Source of the DNA: Octopus sinensis
Taxonomy: Eukaryota
DNA: 64,000 bases
Reading direction: 5' to 3'
NCBI RefSeq assembly: GCF_006345805.1
Contig: NC_043017.1
Coordinates: 11,222,001 to 11,286,000, forward strand
Shown here: positions 15,020-29,209 of the stretch, piece by piece
Layout of the letters: every line of letters begins with the position of its first letter
Numbering within the stretch: position 1 is the first letter of the stretch
Position numbers and translations under genes: made by a program
The notes under the pieces: generated by a model
The model's input: only the letters and a program-made list of their open reading frames with translations
Database searches by the model: none
Told to the model about the DNA's origin: nothing

Positions 15020-16610
15020 AGGTTTATACCTCATGAGTAGTTGCAAACTGATGTCCTGCTTGTGAGAAAAACTTGAGCAAGGAGCTAATTTCAAGGGATC
15101 AGCAACATTTTGAGGGAGAGAAAAGACTGGATGAAGTAGTTTAATGCAGAGACTGTAGTGGAGAGGGCACACAATATGACTGATAAGAGAAGTTGAAATG
15201 CAGAAATCTCTGCAGAAAGGTCTCCCAAGTCCAACCAATTCTAAATAACTTATTTGTTGACATCTTTCTGTTTAATTAATTACCATTGTTGATTGAATTT
15301 TTATTGGGATTTCTTATCTTCATTTCACTTTTAATTTTAAAAAAATGTTGGATCATTTAGTACAGCCATGAGCAAACTATGCCCATGGGATTGTCCGAAT
15401 GGCAACCAGAAATTACCGTGAATTATTTAGTTGTGTGCGTTTCCTGATGATGAGTCATGTCTCATGGCAGCTGCTCCTTAGAAAAAGGTTGCACATGCCT
15501 GGTTTAGCACATGATGTGCAAATTTAGATATTTCCAACAGCAGATGCATGGCTCTCTCTCTCCCTCCCCTCCCCCCTTCCTCTCTCTTTTTTTCCTGTTT
15601 GGTTTGACTTATTGAACTTACTCAGTAATGTCTTTTGTGAAGATTATTTCTGAATTGAAGAGAGTTTTAACAGAATCCTTTTCTGCCTGTACATTTCTCT
15701 TCATGCACATCACTGCTTTCCCTTTCAATTAATCAAAATAATTTTGGCACAATTGAACTGTAGTTTGGAACATAACTTAACATAAAGTTTTTAATGGACC
15801 GTTTTTGATTTAGATTGCTTTAAAACAGGAAGTTTGCATTACAGTTACAATAACTGAAAAATAATTACTTAATTTGAAAATGAGGAATTCAGGTGCTCAG
15901 TAGTGTAATCAGCAATGTATTCACCTGACGGCGAGCTGGCAAAAACGGTAGCACGCCAGGTGAAATGCGTAGCCGTATTTCGTCTGCCATTACGTTCTGA
16001 GTTCAAATTCCGCCGAGGTCGACTTTGCCTTTCATCCTTTCGAGGTTGATAAATTAAGTACCAGTTACGCACTGGGGTCGATGTAATCGACTTAATACTT
16101 ATGTCTGTCCTTGTTTGTCCCCTCTGTGTTTAGCCCCTTGTGGGTAATAAAGGAATAGGTTTCTGTAGGTAAAGTCTGTTTGCATGTAGGTATGTGTATG
16201 TATGCATATAAATATGTATGTTTACACACACATATGGGTTTGTGCTGATGTCTAGTTGAGGTATTAGTAGTTGTGAAATCTGTTATATGTTTTGTTTTAC
16301 CGTTTCTGAAATTGCCGTTGTTTTGGAATAGCAAGTAGCAGCAATTGTAACCTTAAAAGTAACTGAGAAATTCTCAGTTACTGCCAATGCTGGCTACCGT
16401 TATTCAAGCATTCGGTGGGTGGTGGGCAGACTCTTCTCGTTGTCTTAAATTGTCATCACTGGAAAATATAAAATATATAAAGAAGCATAATAAAACCCAT
16501 CTGTCCTTGCTGCTATATCGGAATTCTTCCATCTGATAAAATACACCACCATATTGTCCAGCAATAAATTGCATTACTTTCACTGCACTAAATTACACAC
16601 CCTCTCTGTC

Positions 16611-16687
<77 letters not shown>

Positions 16688-18722
16688 GCATTAACAAACC
16701 ACTTTGTATCAGTTGATATAGTAAGCTCCTCCAGTTATTGATTTCTACTTCATCACCATTTAATGTCCTTTTTTTCATGCCGGCATGGGTTGGATGGTTC
16801 AACAAGAACTGATGAGTTGCAGGGTTGTGCCAAGCTCCAAAGCCTGTTTCGGCATGCTTTCTATAGCCAGATGCCCTTCCTAATACTGACCGTTTCACAG
16901 TGTACTGGATGCTAAATTGTTAGTAGATGCTTAGCAGCATTTTGTCAGTTTTTTATGTTCAGAGTTCAAATTCCACCGAGGTCAACTTTGCTTGTCATCT
17001 CTCCAGGGTCAATAGAATAATTACCTGTTCTGTATTGGAGTTGATGTAATCAATTTAACTCTTTCCTTACAATTGCTAGCTGTGTGCCAAAATTTAAAAC
17101 CATTACTACTACTACTACTACTACTATTGCTGGTACTGCTGCTCTGGCATGAATCTTGTATGGTCTTTGACTTTGATGCTACATTAATTCTATGGTCGAT
17201 GATCTGTCATTTTGGCATCGCAGACATTCTAATCCCATTAATCTAAGGCATGCAAGAAGAATGTTTTATCTTTTACTTGTTTCAGTTCTTTGGACTGCAG
17301 CCATGCTGGGTTAGGGTGTTTTGGATTTGTGGGCTGGGCAGGTGTGTTGTGTTCTTCACTTCATTTCACATTGCTCCAGTCTACTGCTCGGCTGTAAATG
17401 AGTGACCCTGCAATTAACTGGCATTGTAAGGTGGCCTGCTGGCAGAATTGTTAGCATGCTGGGTGAAATGCTTAGAGGTATTTCATCTGCCTTTATGTTC
17501 TGAGTTCAAATTCTACTGAGGTCGACTTTGCCTTTCATCCTTTTGGGTTAATAAATTAAGTACCAGTTGTGTACTGGGGTTGATGTAATCAACTGGCCCT
17601 CTCCCCAAGAATTTCGGGCCTTGTTCCTTGAGTGAAAAAGCAGAAAAGAATTGACAGGCATTCCTGTTCAAGGGGCATGTGGTGACCCCACTCTGCTCAT
17701 GAAATACAGTATATCTTTATCCACCATGGAAACTTGATAAATGGCCTTATGAGTTCTAAGACATGAGAGAGTAATATTCAGGGGTTGATTATCTCATGTT
17801 TATCTATCATTGTCTTTGGCTGAACTGCTATGTTATGGGGGATGTAAACAAAGCAATACTAATTGTCAAGCAATGGTGTTGGAGTGAATATAGACTCAAA
17901 GGTACAGGCTTCCACACAGTTCCCATCTACTAAATTCACTCACAAGACATTGGTCAACCTGGGGCCATAGTAGGAGACACACAGCTGGGGTATGTGGCCA
18001 GTGGGATTGAACTTGAAACTACATGGTTGCAAAGAGAGCTTCTTAACCACATAGCTATGCCTGTACCTATATATTGGCATAAAGTGACCCCCATCACTAT
18101 TAAAAAAAAAATTTTGTATTATCTCTTCCATTGCCAGCTGGTCTGAGATGATCTCTGATTCTATGATACAAAGAAACACCAACCTAATTAGGAAAATTTA
18201 ATTATATTACTAAACTCTTCAAAATTCTTATTTTCAAAATTTATCAAAATGTATAGCTGATATTTTCCATTAGAAACTTAAACTATCTTCTTCATCCTTG
18301 ATAAAAGAATAAGAAGGAACCCATCCCAAATTCATGGATTATGTATTAAATTAATTGATTCATATGCAAGTGGCTGAGTACTCCACAGACATGCATACCC
18401 TTAATGTAGTTCTCAGGGAGATTCGGCGTGACACAGAGTGTGACAAGGCTAGTCCTTTGAATTACAGATACAACTCATTTTTGCCAGCCAAGTGAACTGG
18501 AGCAATATGAAATGAAGTGTCTTGCTCAAGGGTACAAGGTGCTGTCAGGAATTGAACTCATGATCTTACAGTCATGAGTCGATTACCCTTATCCATGCAT
18601 CTAAAGGGCTAATGTAGATCACTTTGAACCAGAAAGTTTGTGACATAAAACTGAAAGAGATCTCTGCTGGATTCGTATCAAACAGGTTAAAGAAATCTCA
18701 CTCTTTGAGCTTAACAAATTAA

Positions 18723-19631
18723 CCCTTTCGTTACTGTATTTATTTTGAGATGCTTCGTGTTTCTTTCAATTACTTTAAATATAACTATATATATATATAT
18801 ATATCCAGCTGTAAAACCATGCCAAAACAGATACTGAAGTATTTGCACATACGCATATTTATCTGTTAATTACATTCGTAACTCTTAAAATATTAAAATA
18901 TAGAAATTGTTATTGAATTATAATACAGTTATTTAGAGACCTGAGGATTGGGGTTGCGTTTAAGAAAGGTTTCCTGTAAAAGACTGCGTGTATAAGGAAC
19001 GTTAAATGCACCTCATGAAACACGTGTAGCGGGGGAAATTTAGAAATGATTAGTAAGTATTAAAATGAAATTTTTTTATATGGTGTGATGTATATTAGGA
19101 TTTAATGAATTGCATGGGGACTTCTATCTCTAAATAACATATTTTTCCTTATCGAGAATAATTCATTTTATTTGAATCCCTGTGACGCCCCGGAATTTTT
19201 ATTCCCTAATAAATAAAATTATATATATATTTCCGTGCTGGTGGCATGTTAAAAGCTCCAACCAATTGTGGCCGATGCTGGACCCCCTGGCACCTGTGCA
19301 GGTGGCACATAAAAAGCACCCACTACACTCGCGGAGTGGTTGGCATTAGGAAGGGCATCCAGCTGTAGAAATTCTGCCAGATCAGACTGGAGCCTGGTGC
19401 AGCCCCTGGCTTCCCAGACCCCGGTCGAACCGTCCAACCCGTGCTAGCGCGGAAAACGGACGTTAAACGATGATGATGATGAATTCAGTAAAATAACTTA
19501 GTTATCATTCAGCTAGTGTTAGGAACATAAATTGTGACTAACGGTTTGGTGGAAAATTTTAATTCAAAACTTAAACAAAACGTTTGTACTCAGAGCCAGA
19601 GTCGGTTTCAGCCGGGTTGGTAACGAAAGGG
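18723..19631. mobile_element. same piggyBac-type MITE split by a ~695 bp nested insert (about 18787-19480)
   Basis: left part matches 6088-6150, right part matches 6153-6307; TTAA at both ends. Confidence 0.8.
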
Positions 19632-20872
19632 TTAAAAATGATGATGTTCTTATAAAGTTTCTTTCTAATGCTTAGTACTTCAATGAATGTGTTAAGATTA
19701 TTTTAACTCTTTTGTTACCAACTTGCCTTAGATTGGACCCCGATTCTACAAACTTCCTATTTAAAGTGGCTTGAATTAAAAAACCTTCTATCGAAATTCT
19801 TTGTTGATTTATGTTGTTTGAAATACCACATTGTTATTGACAAAGTTGTTTCATTATCTGCTTCATTATTTTGAAATTAATTGAAACAAGGGTAGTGTAT
19901 TTCAATAGGAACATGGTATCAACAACATATCTTGATATCCAGTTTGATTTCCTGTTTAATTTGAATGTCTTCATCAATAGGTAGCCATTGTTAATTGTAT
20001 CTTAAAAACAAAAAAAAAAAAGAAAGAAAACCTTTGTGTGTTGGAAGGTTTTGTTTCCATCTCAGTGGAATCATTTTTTTTTTGTTCTTGTTTTTGTTTT
20101 TCGGTTTTTAATTAGCTCCGCCTTAGATTTGCTTTGTAAAGTTCTTCATTGGTTTTCCTCAATATATCAAACGTAATTAAAATAGGAAAATTGATGGCAT
20201 AATAATTACAGGTTTCATTTAAAATTGCAGTACTAATTATAGGGTCTATATTTAAAATTCTATAGATTACTTTATCAATATCTTGCTGCAATTGTGATAT
20301 TTTTTTCTTCCTTTTCTCATTGCAACAGAAGAGAAGAGAAATAATAATGTTTATATTTTCATTATCATCCTTTGTTCTTGACTTCACGAATGTTTACATG
20401 ACTTGGCTCATATTCCTCTTTTTAACCATTCTTTTCTTCAACAATCTTGCACTACACTATATCACAAATTCCACTATTTACAAATTCCTAACAGATGAAG
20501 CTCTCATGCATTATTATATTCTTCCAGTTGATTCTGACCAAATTATACCTGTTGCTGTAATATATATTTTCCAAATTCTCCTCTTTTACACAGTTCTATA
20601 TTTTAGAGATGAGGAATTATGTACATTATTTACAATTGACGGATATTTGTCCTCGTTTTGTTTGTTGTTAATATGTTTCGGTTGATATACCCACCAGCCT
20701 TCATCGGGTGTCTTGGGGAAATTTCGAACCTGGGTTCTCATTCCTAAGGTATTCTTCGATGTTGTTGTTATTATTATTATTATTCAGGTCACTGCCTGGA
20801 ATCAAACTCTGAATCTTGGAGTTAGTAGTCCGCACTCTTAACCACTATGCCATATGCCCACTGGCATATGGC

Positions 20873-21262
20873 ATACTCTTTACTTGTTTCAGTCATGTGA
20901 CTGTGGCCATGCTGGAGCACCACCTTTGGTCAAGCAAATCGACCCCAGGACTTATTCTTTGTAAGCCTAGTACTTATTCTATCAGCCTCTTTTGCTGAAC
21001 CACTAAGTTACGGGGATGTAAACACACCAGCATCGGTTGTCAAGCGATGTTGGGTGGACAAACACAGACACAAACATATATACACATATATATACATATA
21101 TACGACGGGCTTCTTTCAGTTTCCGTCTACCAAATCCACTCACAAGGCTTTGGTTGGCCCGAGGCTATAGTAGAAGACACTTGCCCAAGGTGCCACACAG
21201 TGGGACTGAACCCGGAACCATGTGGTTGGTAAGCAAGCTACTTACCGTACAGCCACTCCTAC
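20873..21262 (-). mobile_element. SINE family B, antisense, just upstream of the first PKN exon in the window
   Basis: reverse complement of the 8661 and 27632 copies. Confidence 0.85.
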
Positions 21263-21438
21263 CCCTATAGCATCTGCTCGTTTTGATGAAACCATTTGAA
21301 CAAAAGCAGTGACATTGTGTTGGTAAGTTTGTATCGAAAGGGTTATCAAACTGCAATATTTCCAGTGCCATCAGTATTATAAACACTAAAATGTTTGCAT
21401 CTCACCCCAGCAATCATGTCTTTTTCTATTTTCCACAG

Positions 21439-21607
21439 GTGAAACAAGGTGCTGAAAATATGATTACTATGTATAGTACTGGTTCATCACGAGACAAGAA
21501 GCTACTGGCTGAAGCACAGCAGATGTTGTCCGACGCCAAATTTAAAATTGAAATTATTCGCATGCAAACATTGAAAGCGGCACAAGATGCAACTTCACAA
21601 TCAGCTG
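21439..21607 (+). CDS. PKN: PKN exon, HR1b C-terminal part ([47 protein letters not shown]...)
   Basis: ttccacAG acceptor and G|GTAATT donor; peptide matches the PKN HR1b pattern [10 protein letters not shown].....D.KLL..AQQML.D.K.KI..IRMQ; phase 0 in, phase 1 out. Confidence 0.96.
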
Positions 21608-22853
21608 GTAATTCTTTTATTCTTCAATTCATTTCATTATTATTATCATTTTTATTATTATTATTAAGGCAGCGATTTGGCCGAGCCATGACCATGTTGA
21701 ACAAAATGCCTTACCCTTCAGCATTCAGATTATTCTATCAGATGTAAGGCTTGTTTATTTGCCTTGTTTTGAATTAACCTTTAGCACACTGTATTTTCTC
21801 TAGAAATTGTTTCCGTGTCACTGCCCTGCAGCTACAGGGGAGAGAACTCGTATGGTGACATAATGCACCTACAGCATGCTAAAGATTAATCATGCATTAT
21901 TTTGTAGCTTCTGGATTTTGATGAGGTAATTATTTATTTTTAGAATGACATCATAGAGTAAGTGTGAGAGGCCATATCTGGCCACTGTGAACATTAAGCG
22001 GGTAGAATATTTTTGAGGCAGGTTTTTTACAGCCGGATTCCTTTTTTGTCACTAGCCACCTTCTGTTTCCAAATGAAGGTAATATTTCCGCATGGCCAGA
22101 CATCAAACACTGGTCATTTGAACAACGCCATTTGTTTGGTAGTGATGGTCACTTTAAAACTGTTAAAGCAAGAACACACCCACACATGCTGGTGGCATGT
22201 AAAGAGCACCCACTACACTCTTGGAGTGGTTGCCATTAGGAAGGGCATCCAGCTGTAGAAACCTTGCCAGACCAGATTGGAGCCTGGTGCAGCTTTTTGA
22301 CTTGCCAGTCCCCAGTCAAACTGTCCAACCCATGCCAGCATGGAAAATGGACGTTAAACAATGGTGATGATGATGATATATATATACAACATCTGTATCA
22401 CTTATATTGACTTGACTATCAGATGCTATACATTGCTGGTCACTTTCTCTCTCACATCCCCTGGTGGACAAGCCATGTATTCACCCCTTCAGCAAGGCAC
22501 TTGCTCCTCTCCCTCCATCACAGCTTCTTATTCTTCCTGTCTATACCCAACTCAGTTGAGGGTTCTCATCTTGTAGGTACTTGATGACCTCACCAGTGCT
22601 GGTGCCACTGTAAAGGGGTTCGTGTTAGGAAAGGCATGCAGATGTGGAAACCATGCCTTAGCAGACAACAAAGCCCTCTGGTTTGTCTGTTCTTGTCAAA
22701 TCATCCAACCCATGCTGACATGGAGAAAAAGGACATTAAATGCTGATGCTGATGATGATGACAGCAACTGGTTCCTTTTAGTTTCCTATTTCTTTATTAC
22801 CCACAAGGGGCTAAACATAAAGGGGACATACATAGGTATTAAGTCGATTACAC

Positions 22854-23810
22854 CGACCCCAGTGCGTAACTGGTACTTAATTTATCGACCCTGAAAGGAT
22901 GAAAGGCAAAGTCGACCTCGGCGGAATTTGAACTCACAACGTAACGACAGACGAAATACGGCTACGCATTTCGCCCGGCGTGCTAACGTTTCTGCCAACT
23001 CGCCGCCCTTTCAGTTTCCATCTTCCGGAATCCACTTCATGGCTTTGGTTGGCCAGGAGCTGTAATGGTTCCATCACCTTGCTGTGGGACTGAACCCCAA
23101 AAACATTTGATTACAAAGTGAACTTCTTAACCGTATGCCCACACCAGCTCCTTTGCCTATCCTTTATTTCCTACGACCCCAGTGCGTAACTGGTACTTAA
23201 TTTATTGACCCTGAAAGGATGAAAGGCAAAGTCGACCTCGGCGGAATTTGAACTCACAACGTAACGACAGACGAAATACGGCTACGCATTTCGCCCGGCG
23301 TGCTAACGTTTCTGCCAACTCGCCGCCCTTTCAGTTTCCATCTTCCGGAATCCACTTCATGGCTTTGGTTGGCCAGGAGCTGTAATGGTTCCATCACCTT
23401 GCTGTGGGACTGAACCCCAAAAACATTTGATTACAAAGTGAACTTCTTAACCGTATACCCACACCAGCTCCTTTGCCTATCCTTTATTTCCTACGACCCC
23501 AGTGCGTAACTGGTACTTAATTTATTGACCCTGAAAGGATGAAAGGCAAAGTCGACCTCGCGGAATTTGAACTCACAACGTAACGACAGACGAAATACGG
23601 CTACGCATTTCGCCTGGCGCGCTAACGTTTCTGCCAACTCGCGCCCTTTCAGTTTCCATCTTCCGGAATCCACTTCATGGCTTTGGTTGGCCAGGAGCTG
23701 TAATGGTTCCATCACCTTGCTGTGGGACTGAACCCAAAAACATTTGATTACAAAGTGAACTTCTTAACCGTATACCCACACCAGCTCCTTTGCCTATCAT
23801 TTATTTCCTA
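22854..23810. repeat. three tandem 320-bp units (half SINE A plus flank)
   Basis: CGACCCCAGTGCGTAACTGG at 22854, 23174 and 23494. Confidence 0.93.
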
Positions 23811-24083
23811 ACCCGGCTACTGACCGACGACCAATGTTCGTTTATAGATCTCTGATCAGAAAGCATTGACAGGTATTCAGTTGGAACTTTTACATTGCTA
23901 GGGAGATCTCAACTTGGCTATCCATCATGATTAATAGTATTGATCGAATAACAGGCCATTGTCGGTCGGACAGCTTTCTCACGGCTGAAACCATTATTTC
24001 GATTGGAGAATGGCAATAACATACGATTGATTTCTTCCTCCATTTGGTTTTGAAGTGTGTGGTGGGGTGGGGTGGAGTGTGTT

Positions 24084-24162
24084 GGGAGGTGCTACTTGTG
24101 TGATGGTAGGAGGTGCTACTTGTGTGATGGTAGGAGGTGCTACTTGTGTGATGGTAGGAGGT
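24084..24162. repeat. 24-bp minisatellite (TAGGAGGTGCTACTTGTGTGATGG) x3
   Basis: directly visible. Confidence 0.9.
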
Positions 24163-24349
24163 GGGGATGAGGAAGATGGGATCAAGTGAGCAGTTTTATT
24201 CATCAATCTTTAGTCAAGATTAATGACATAAAGACGCTCTTCCTTATTCGTCTTTTTTTTTGTCTTTTTTGTCTTTTTTTTTCTTATTTTTATATCATTA
24301 TGGATTGAGAATTTCTGTGTGTGTATGCTGACTGCACACATACATATTC

Positions 24350-24382
24350 ATGTGTGTGTATATATATATATATGTGTGTGTG

Positions 24383-24423
<41 letters not shown>

Positions 24424-25130
24424 ATATACCGGAGTAAACACATATATGTATATATATATATTATGTATATATATGTATGTATATATGTATATATATGTAT
24501 ATATATGTATGTATATATATATATATATATGTGTATATACCGGAGTAAACACATATATGTATATATATATATATTATGTATATATATGTATGTATATATG
24601 TATATATACCGGAGTAAACACATATATGTATATATATATATTATGTATATATATGTATATATATGTATGTATATATGTATATATATATATATATGTATAT
24701 ATATGTATGTATATACTGTGCAGGTGGCACGTAAAAAGCACCCACTACACTCACGGAGTGGTTGGCGTTAGGAAGGGCATCCAGCTGTAGAAACATTGCC
24801 AAATTAGACTGGAGCCTGGTGCAGCCTTCTGGCTTCCCAGAACCCCGGTCGAACCGTCCAACCCATGCTAGCATGGAGAACGGACGTTAAACGACGATGA
24901 TGATATGTATATATATATGTATATATATGTATGTATATATGTATATATATATGTATTTGTATATATATATATGTATATATATAATATATGTATGTATATA
25001 TATGTATTGATATATATGTTTGTATATAATATCTATATATATGTGTATATGTATATATATGTATTTATATATATGTATGTATATATATATATTATATGTG
25101 TGTATATATATATATGTATGTATATATATG

Positions 25131-25166
<36 letters not shown>

Positions 25167-25209
25167 ATGTGTGTGTATATATATATATGTATGTATATAT
25201 ATGTATATA

Positions 25210-25241
<32 letters not shown>

Positions 25242-25328
25242 ATGTATATATATATATGTGTGTGTATATATATGTATATGTGTGTGTATATATATGTATA
25301 TATGTATGTATGTATACACACACACACA
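24350..25328. repeat. TA/TATG microsatellite with CCGGAGTAAACAC higher-order unit x3, interrupted by a family C element
   Basis: directly visible. Confidence 0.9.
24717..24904 (+). mobile_element. short retroposon family C (GTGGCACGTAAAAAGCACCCACTACAC...GGCGTTAGGAAGGGCATCCAGC...GACGTTAAAC(GAT)n)
   Basis: many copies (9580-, 19237+, 22190+, 30232+, 38220-, 45338-, 59053+, 63720+) ending in a (GAT)n tail. Confidence 0.8.
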
Positions 25329-27631
25329 GGTGCATATGATGAAGCTTAAACCACAAAATAATGCGCTATGAAATATTTTCTTGCAGAACCTGTTTAACAT
25401 CCATCTTATCTTCCTTTCCTTCTTTTTCTTTTCCTTCTTCTCTCTGTCATCTTCTATCAATTTCTACTTCGTTAAGTTAACATTTTATTAGCAAAACATA
25501 TTTTACGTCAGGCTTTATAACCAGTTATTTTTGTTTAAACATCGTGCATCTATTGTTTGAGTTTTCTTTCTCTTTTTCCGTTTGTGTGTCTGTTTAATAT
25601 TTTACAGAAAATTAAATGTTTAGAAATACATACATTTATTTAGGAGTGGCTGTGTGGTAAGTAGCTTGCTAACCAACCAGACAGTTCCGGGTTCAGTCCC
25701 ACTGCGTGGCATCTTGGGCAAGTGTCTACTGCTATAGCCTCGGGCCGACCAATACCTTGTGAGTGGATTTGGTAGACGGAAACTGAAAGAAGCCTGTCGT
25801 ATATATGTATATATATGTATGTATGTGTGTATGTCTGTGTTTGTCCCCCTAGCATTTCTTGACAACCGATGCTGGTGTGTTTACGTCCCCATCACCTAGC
25901 GGTTCAGCAAAAGAGACCGATAGAATAAGTACTGGGCTTACAAAGAATAAGTCCTGGGGTCGATTTGGTCGACTAAAGGTGGTGCTCCAGCATGGCCGCA
26001 GTCAAATGACTGAAACAAGTAAAAGAATAAAAGAATAAAGAATATGTGTGTGTGTGTGTATTAAATATTTATTATAACTATATATATTCTTTCACCTGTT
26101 CCAGTCATCTGACTGTGGCCATGCTGGAGCACTGCCTTTAATCAAACAAATTGACCCCAATCGGTGTCCTTTGCCGAACTGCTAAGTTACGGGAGACGCA
26201 AACACACCAACATCAATTGTCAAGCACAGACACATATACATATATTTATATACGACGGGCTTCTTTCAGTCTCCATCTACTAAATCCACTCACAAGGCTT
26301 TGGTCGACCTGAGGCTAAAGTAGGTGCTACGCAGTGGGGCTGAACCCAGAACCATGTGGTTGGGAAGCAAGCTTCTTACCACACAAGCATTGCAGCATGG
26401 TCAAGAAGCATGTTGTCTTGGGTTCAGTCCCACTGTGCAGCCCTTAGGGCAAGTGTCTTCTACTTTAATAGCCAAGGGCTGACCAAAACCTTGTGAGTGG
26501 ATTTGGTAGACACAAACTGAAAAAAGCCTGTTGTGTGTGTGTGCGTGTGCCCTTGTCTACACATCAAGTGATGGTTGTAAACCATCATAGAAGTGATCTT
26601 GTTTGTTTCCAGTCTGCCATGGAGAAATATTACCTTGCTTGGAAACAGTAGTTGAGGATTAGCAACACACTTAAAGCATTCTTGTAATGCCCTCTTCATC
26701 TGATGTCCCTGCAACAAATAAAAGAAATTGTTATTATCAGCAAGCTGGCAGAATGATTAAAATGTTAGAGAAAAGTGCTTAGGGGCATATCTTCTGGTCC
26801 TTTATATTCTGAGTTCAAATCCCATTGGGGTCAACTTTGCCTTTCGTCATGTTTCGGAGTTGTAAAACATGAAGCATCAGTCAAGTGCTCGGGGGTTAGT
26901 TTAATTGAGGAGAACCATCCTCCTAAAGTTGCTGGCCTTGTGTCAGAATTTGAAGCAAAAAGTGGTGGCAAGCTGGCTGAGTTGTTGGAATGTTGAGCAT
27001 TTCTTCTGCCTCCTTACTGTGATTTCAAATCCTGCCAAGGTTGATTTTTGCCTTTCATCCTCTCCAGAATTGATAAAACAAGTATCAGTTAAGTACTGGA
27101 GCCAGTGACTACCCCTTCCCACACATACCTAAACAATTTCAGACCTAGTCCCTAAAACCGAATGGCTTGTTATTTAATCAATAAGACAGAAACATTGGCA
27201 GGCTGTATGGAATATTCAGTGGTATTTCGCCCATCACTACCTTCCTAGTTCAAATTCCACCAAGGTTGATTTTGCCTTTCATCCTTTCGGGGTTGATAAA
27301 TTAATTACCAGTGAAACACTGGGGTCGATGTAATTTATGGTCCTTCAAAATCATTTTGGTGTGTAACGTCAACTTACCCTTTTTTTAATGTAAATTTTGC
27401 TCTGAAAACTTCAACTTGTATGGCAGAAAATACAATGTTTTTGTTCTTTCTTGTGTATAAATGATTTTATGCATTGAAACTGCCTGTCCATATTTTATTC
27501 TATGTGTGTGTTATTTTAATTTGTTATTACTACTCTGTACTTGACTGGCACTCAATACACATATGTGTATTGAGTTTTAATAGCAGGTTACTAGTATCAC
27601 GATGACTAAGTGAAATAATAAATGATATATA

Positions 27632-27797
27632 GGCGCACGAGTGGCTGTGTGGTAAGTAGCTTGTTTACCAACCACATGGTTCCGGGTTCAGTCCCACTGC
27701 GTGGCACCTTGGGCAAGTGTCTTCTACTATAGCCTCGGGCCGACCAAAGCCTTGTGAGTGGATTTGGTAGACGGAAACTGAAAAAAAGCCCGTCATA

Positions 27798-27840
<43 letters not shown>

Positions 27841-28068
27841 ATGTGTGTGTTTGTGTGTCTGTGTTTGTCCCCCTAGCATTGCTTGACAACCGATGCTGGT
27901 GTGTTTATGTCCCCGTTACTTAGCGGTTCGGCAAAAGAGACCGATAGAATAAGTACTGGGCTTACAAAAGAATAAGTCCCGGGGTCGAGCTGCTCGATTA
28001 AAGGCAGTGCTCCAGCATGGCCGCAGTCAAATGACTGAAACAAGTTAAAGAGTAAAAGAGAGTAAGAG
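27632..28068 (+). mobile_element. SINE family B full-length copy
   Basis: near-identical to the 8661 copy; repeated AAAAGAGT-type tail. Confidence 0.85.
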
Positions 28069-28211
28069 TATATAGATCCTCATTCATTATCATCGTGTGT
28101 GTGGGGGGGTGTACACATGCTCGTACACAGTCAAATGTCTATTCATATCCAAAGACAAAAAATGGGGGGAAAAAAAACTAATTTCAAAACCTTTAAATTT
28201 CATTCTTCTAG

Positions 28212-28363
28212 GTCAGCAAACAGAAGTGCATTCTCCATTAGAACTCAGAATTGAAGAGTTGCGACACCACAACAAGATAGAATCTGCTGTGATGGAGGGT
28301 GCCAAGAATGTCATCAAACTGCTGCAAAATTCCAAAACTCCAGACAAAAAAGCTCTACAAGAG
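28212..28363 (+). CDS. PKN: PKN exon, HR1c N-terminal part ([51 protein letters not shown])
   Basis: cttctAG acceptor, GAG|GTAAGA donor; [26 protein letters not shown] is the PKN HR1c signature; phase 1 to 0. Confidence 0.96.
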
Positions 28364-29127
28364 GTAAGAATGGCTTTTTTCTTGTCCACTTATTGAATGA
28401 CTGCTTGTGAAGAAATTCTGAAATAACGAGGGTGCTTCTATATTAAATAGACTTGGTATGTGTAACCTTTTCTGAGCAGCAGTCAGTATGAAGCATGGCC
28501 CATCGTCAGATGAGCTGTATTACTGAAGAACTTCTTGATTGAAGATGTCATTCAAAAAGTCCTGTGGGTTCCAGTTTGCCCTTGACTGGAATAGAAACTT
28601 GATCTGCTAGAAATAGCAGTCAAATTTCCTTCAAAAATACACCTGACTAATCTTTTTAAAAAAATGAATGAATTTTGTTTACTCATTAGATTCATGTCAA
28701 GAAATCTTGAGCTAACAAAGTTGTCTGTGTATGTACATTTCACTTGCTAGAAATAGCAGCTAAATTCCCCTCATCATGCCTGGAAAACTTTTTAAATATA
28801 TAAATGAATGTTGTTTACTAACTGGATCTGTGTGAATAATTCACTGGGTAATGAGGGTGTCACTAGAAATAACAGTCAAATTTCCCTCAAATCACACCCA
28901 ACCATCTCCAAAAAAAGAAATAAAAATAATATGGAGGACATTGGATGAGCTGGAATGCATTTTATCATTGGTGTGCTCAATTATGGTTGGCTTAGGGCTA
29001 AACCACGATGGTCTCTATAAGGATATAAGCATATTAAAAGGGGACTGTGGGAAAACTCATTTAAATAAAAAGGGGTCCTTGGTAGTGAAAAGGTTGGTAA
29101 CCACTGCCCTAGCCACTAGACCACATT

Positions 29128-29177
<50 letters not shown>

Positions 29178-29209
29178 CAGATATCCCCCCCCCCCACACA
29201 CACACACCC

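Noticed and set aside
20112-20387. 91-aa minus-strand ORF
   Set aside because: AT-rich with no recognisable motif; possibly a TE remnant but unsupported
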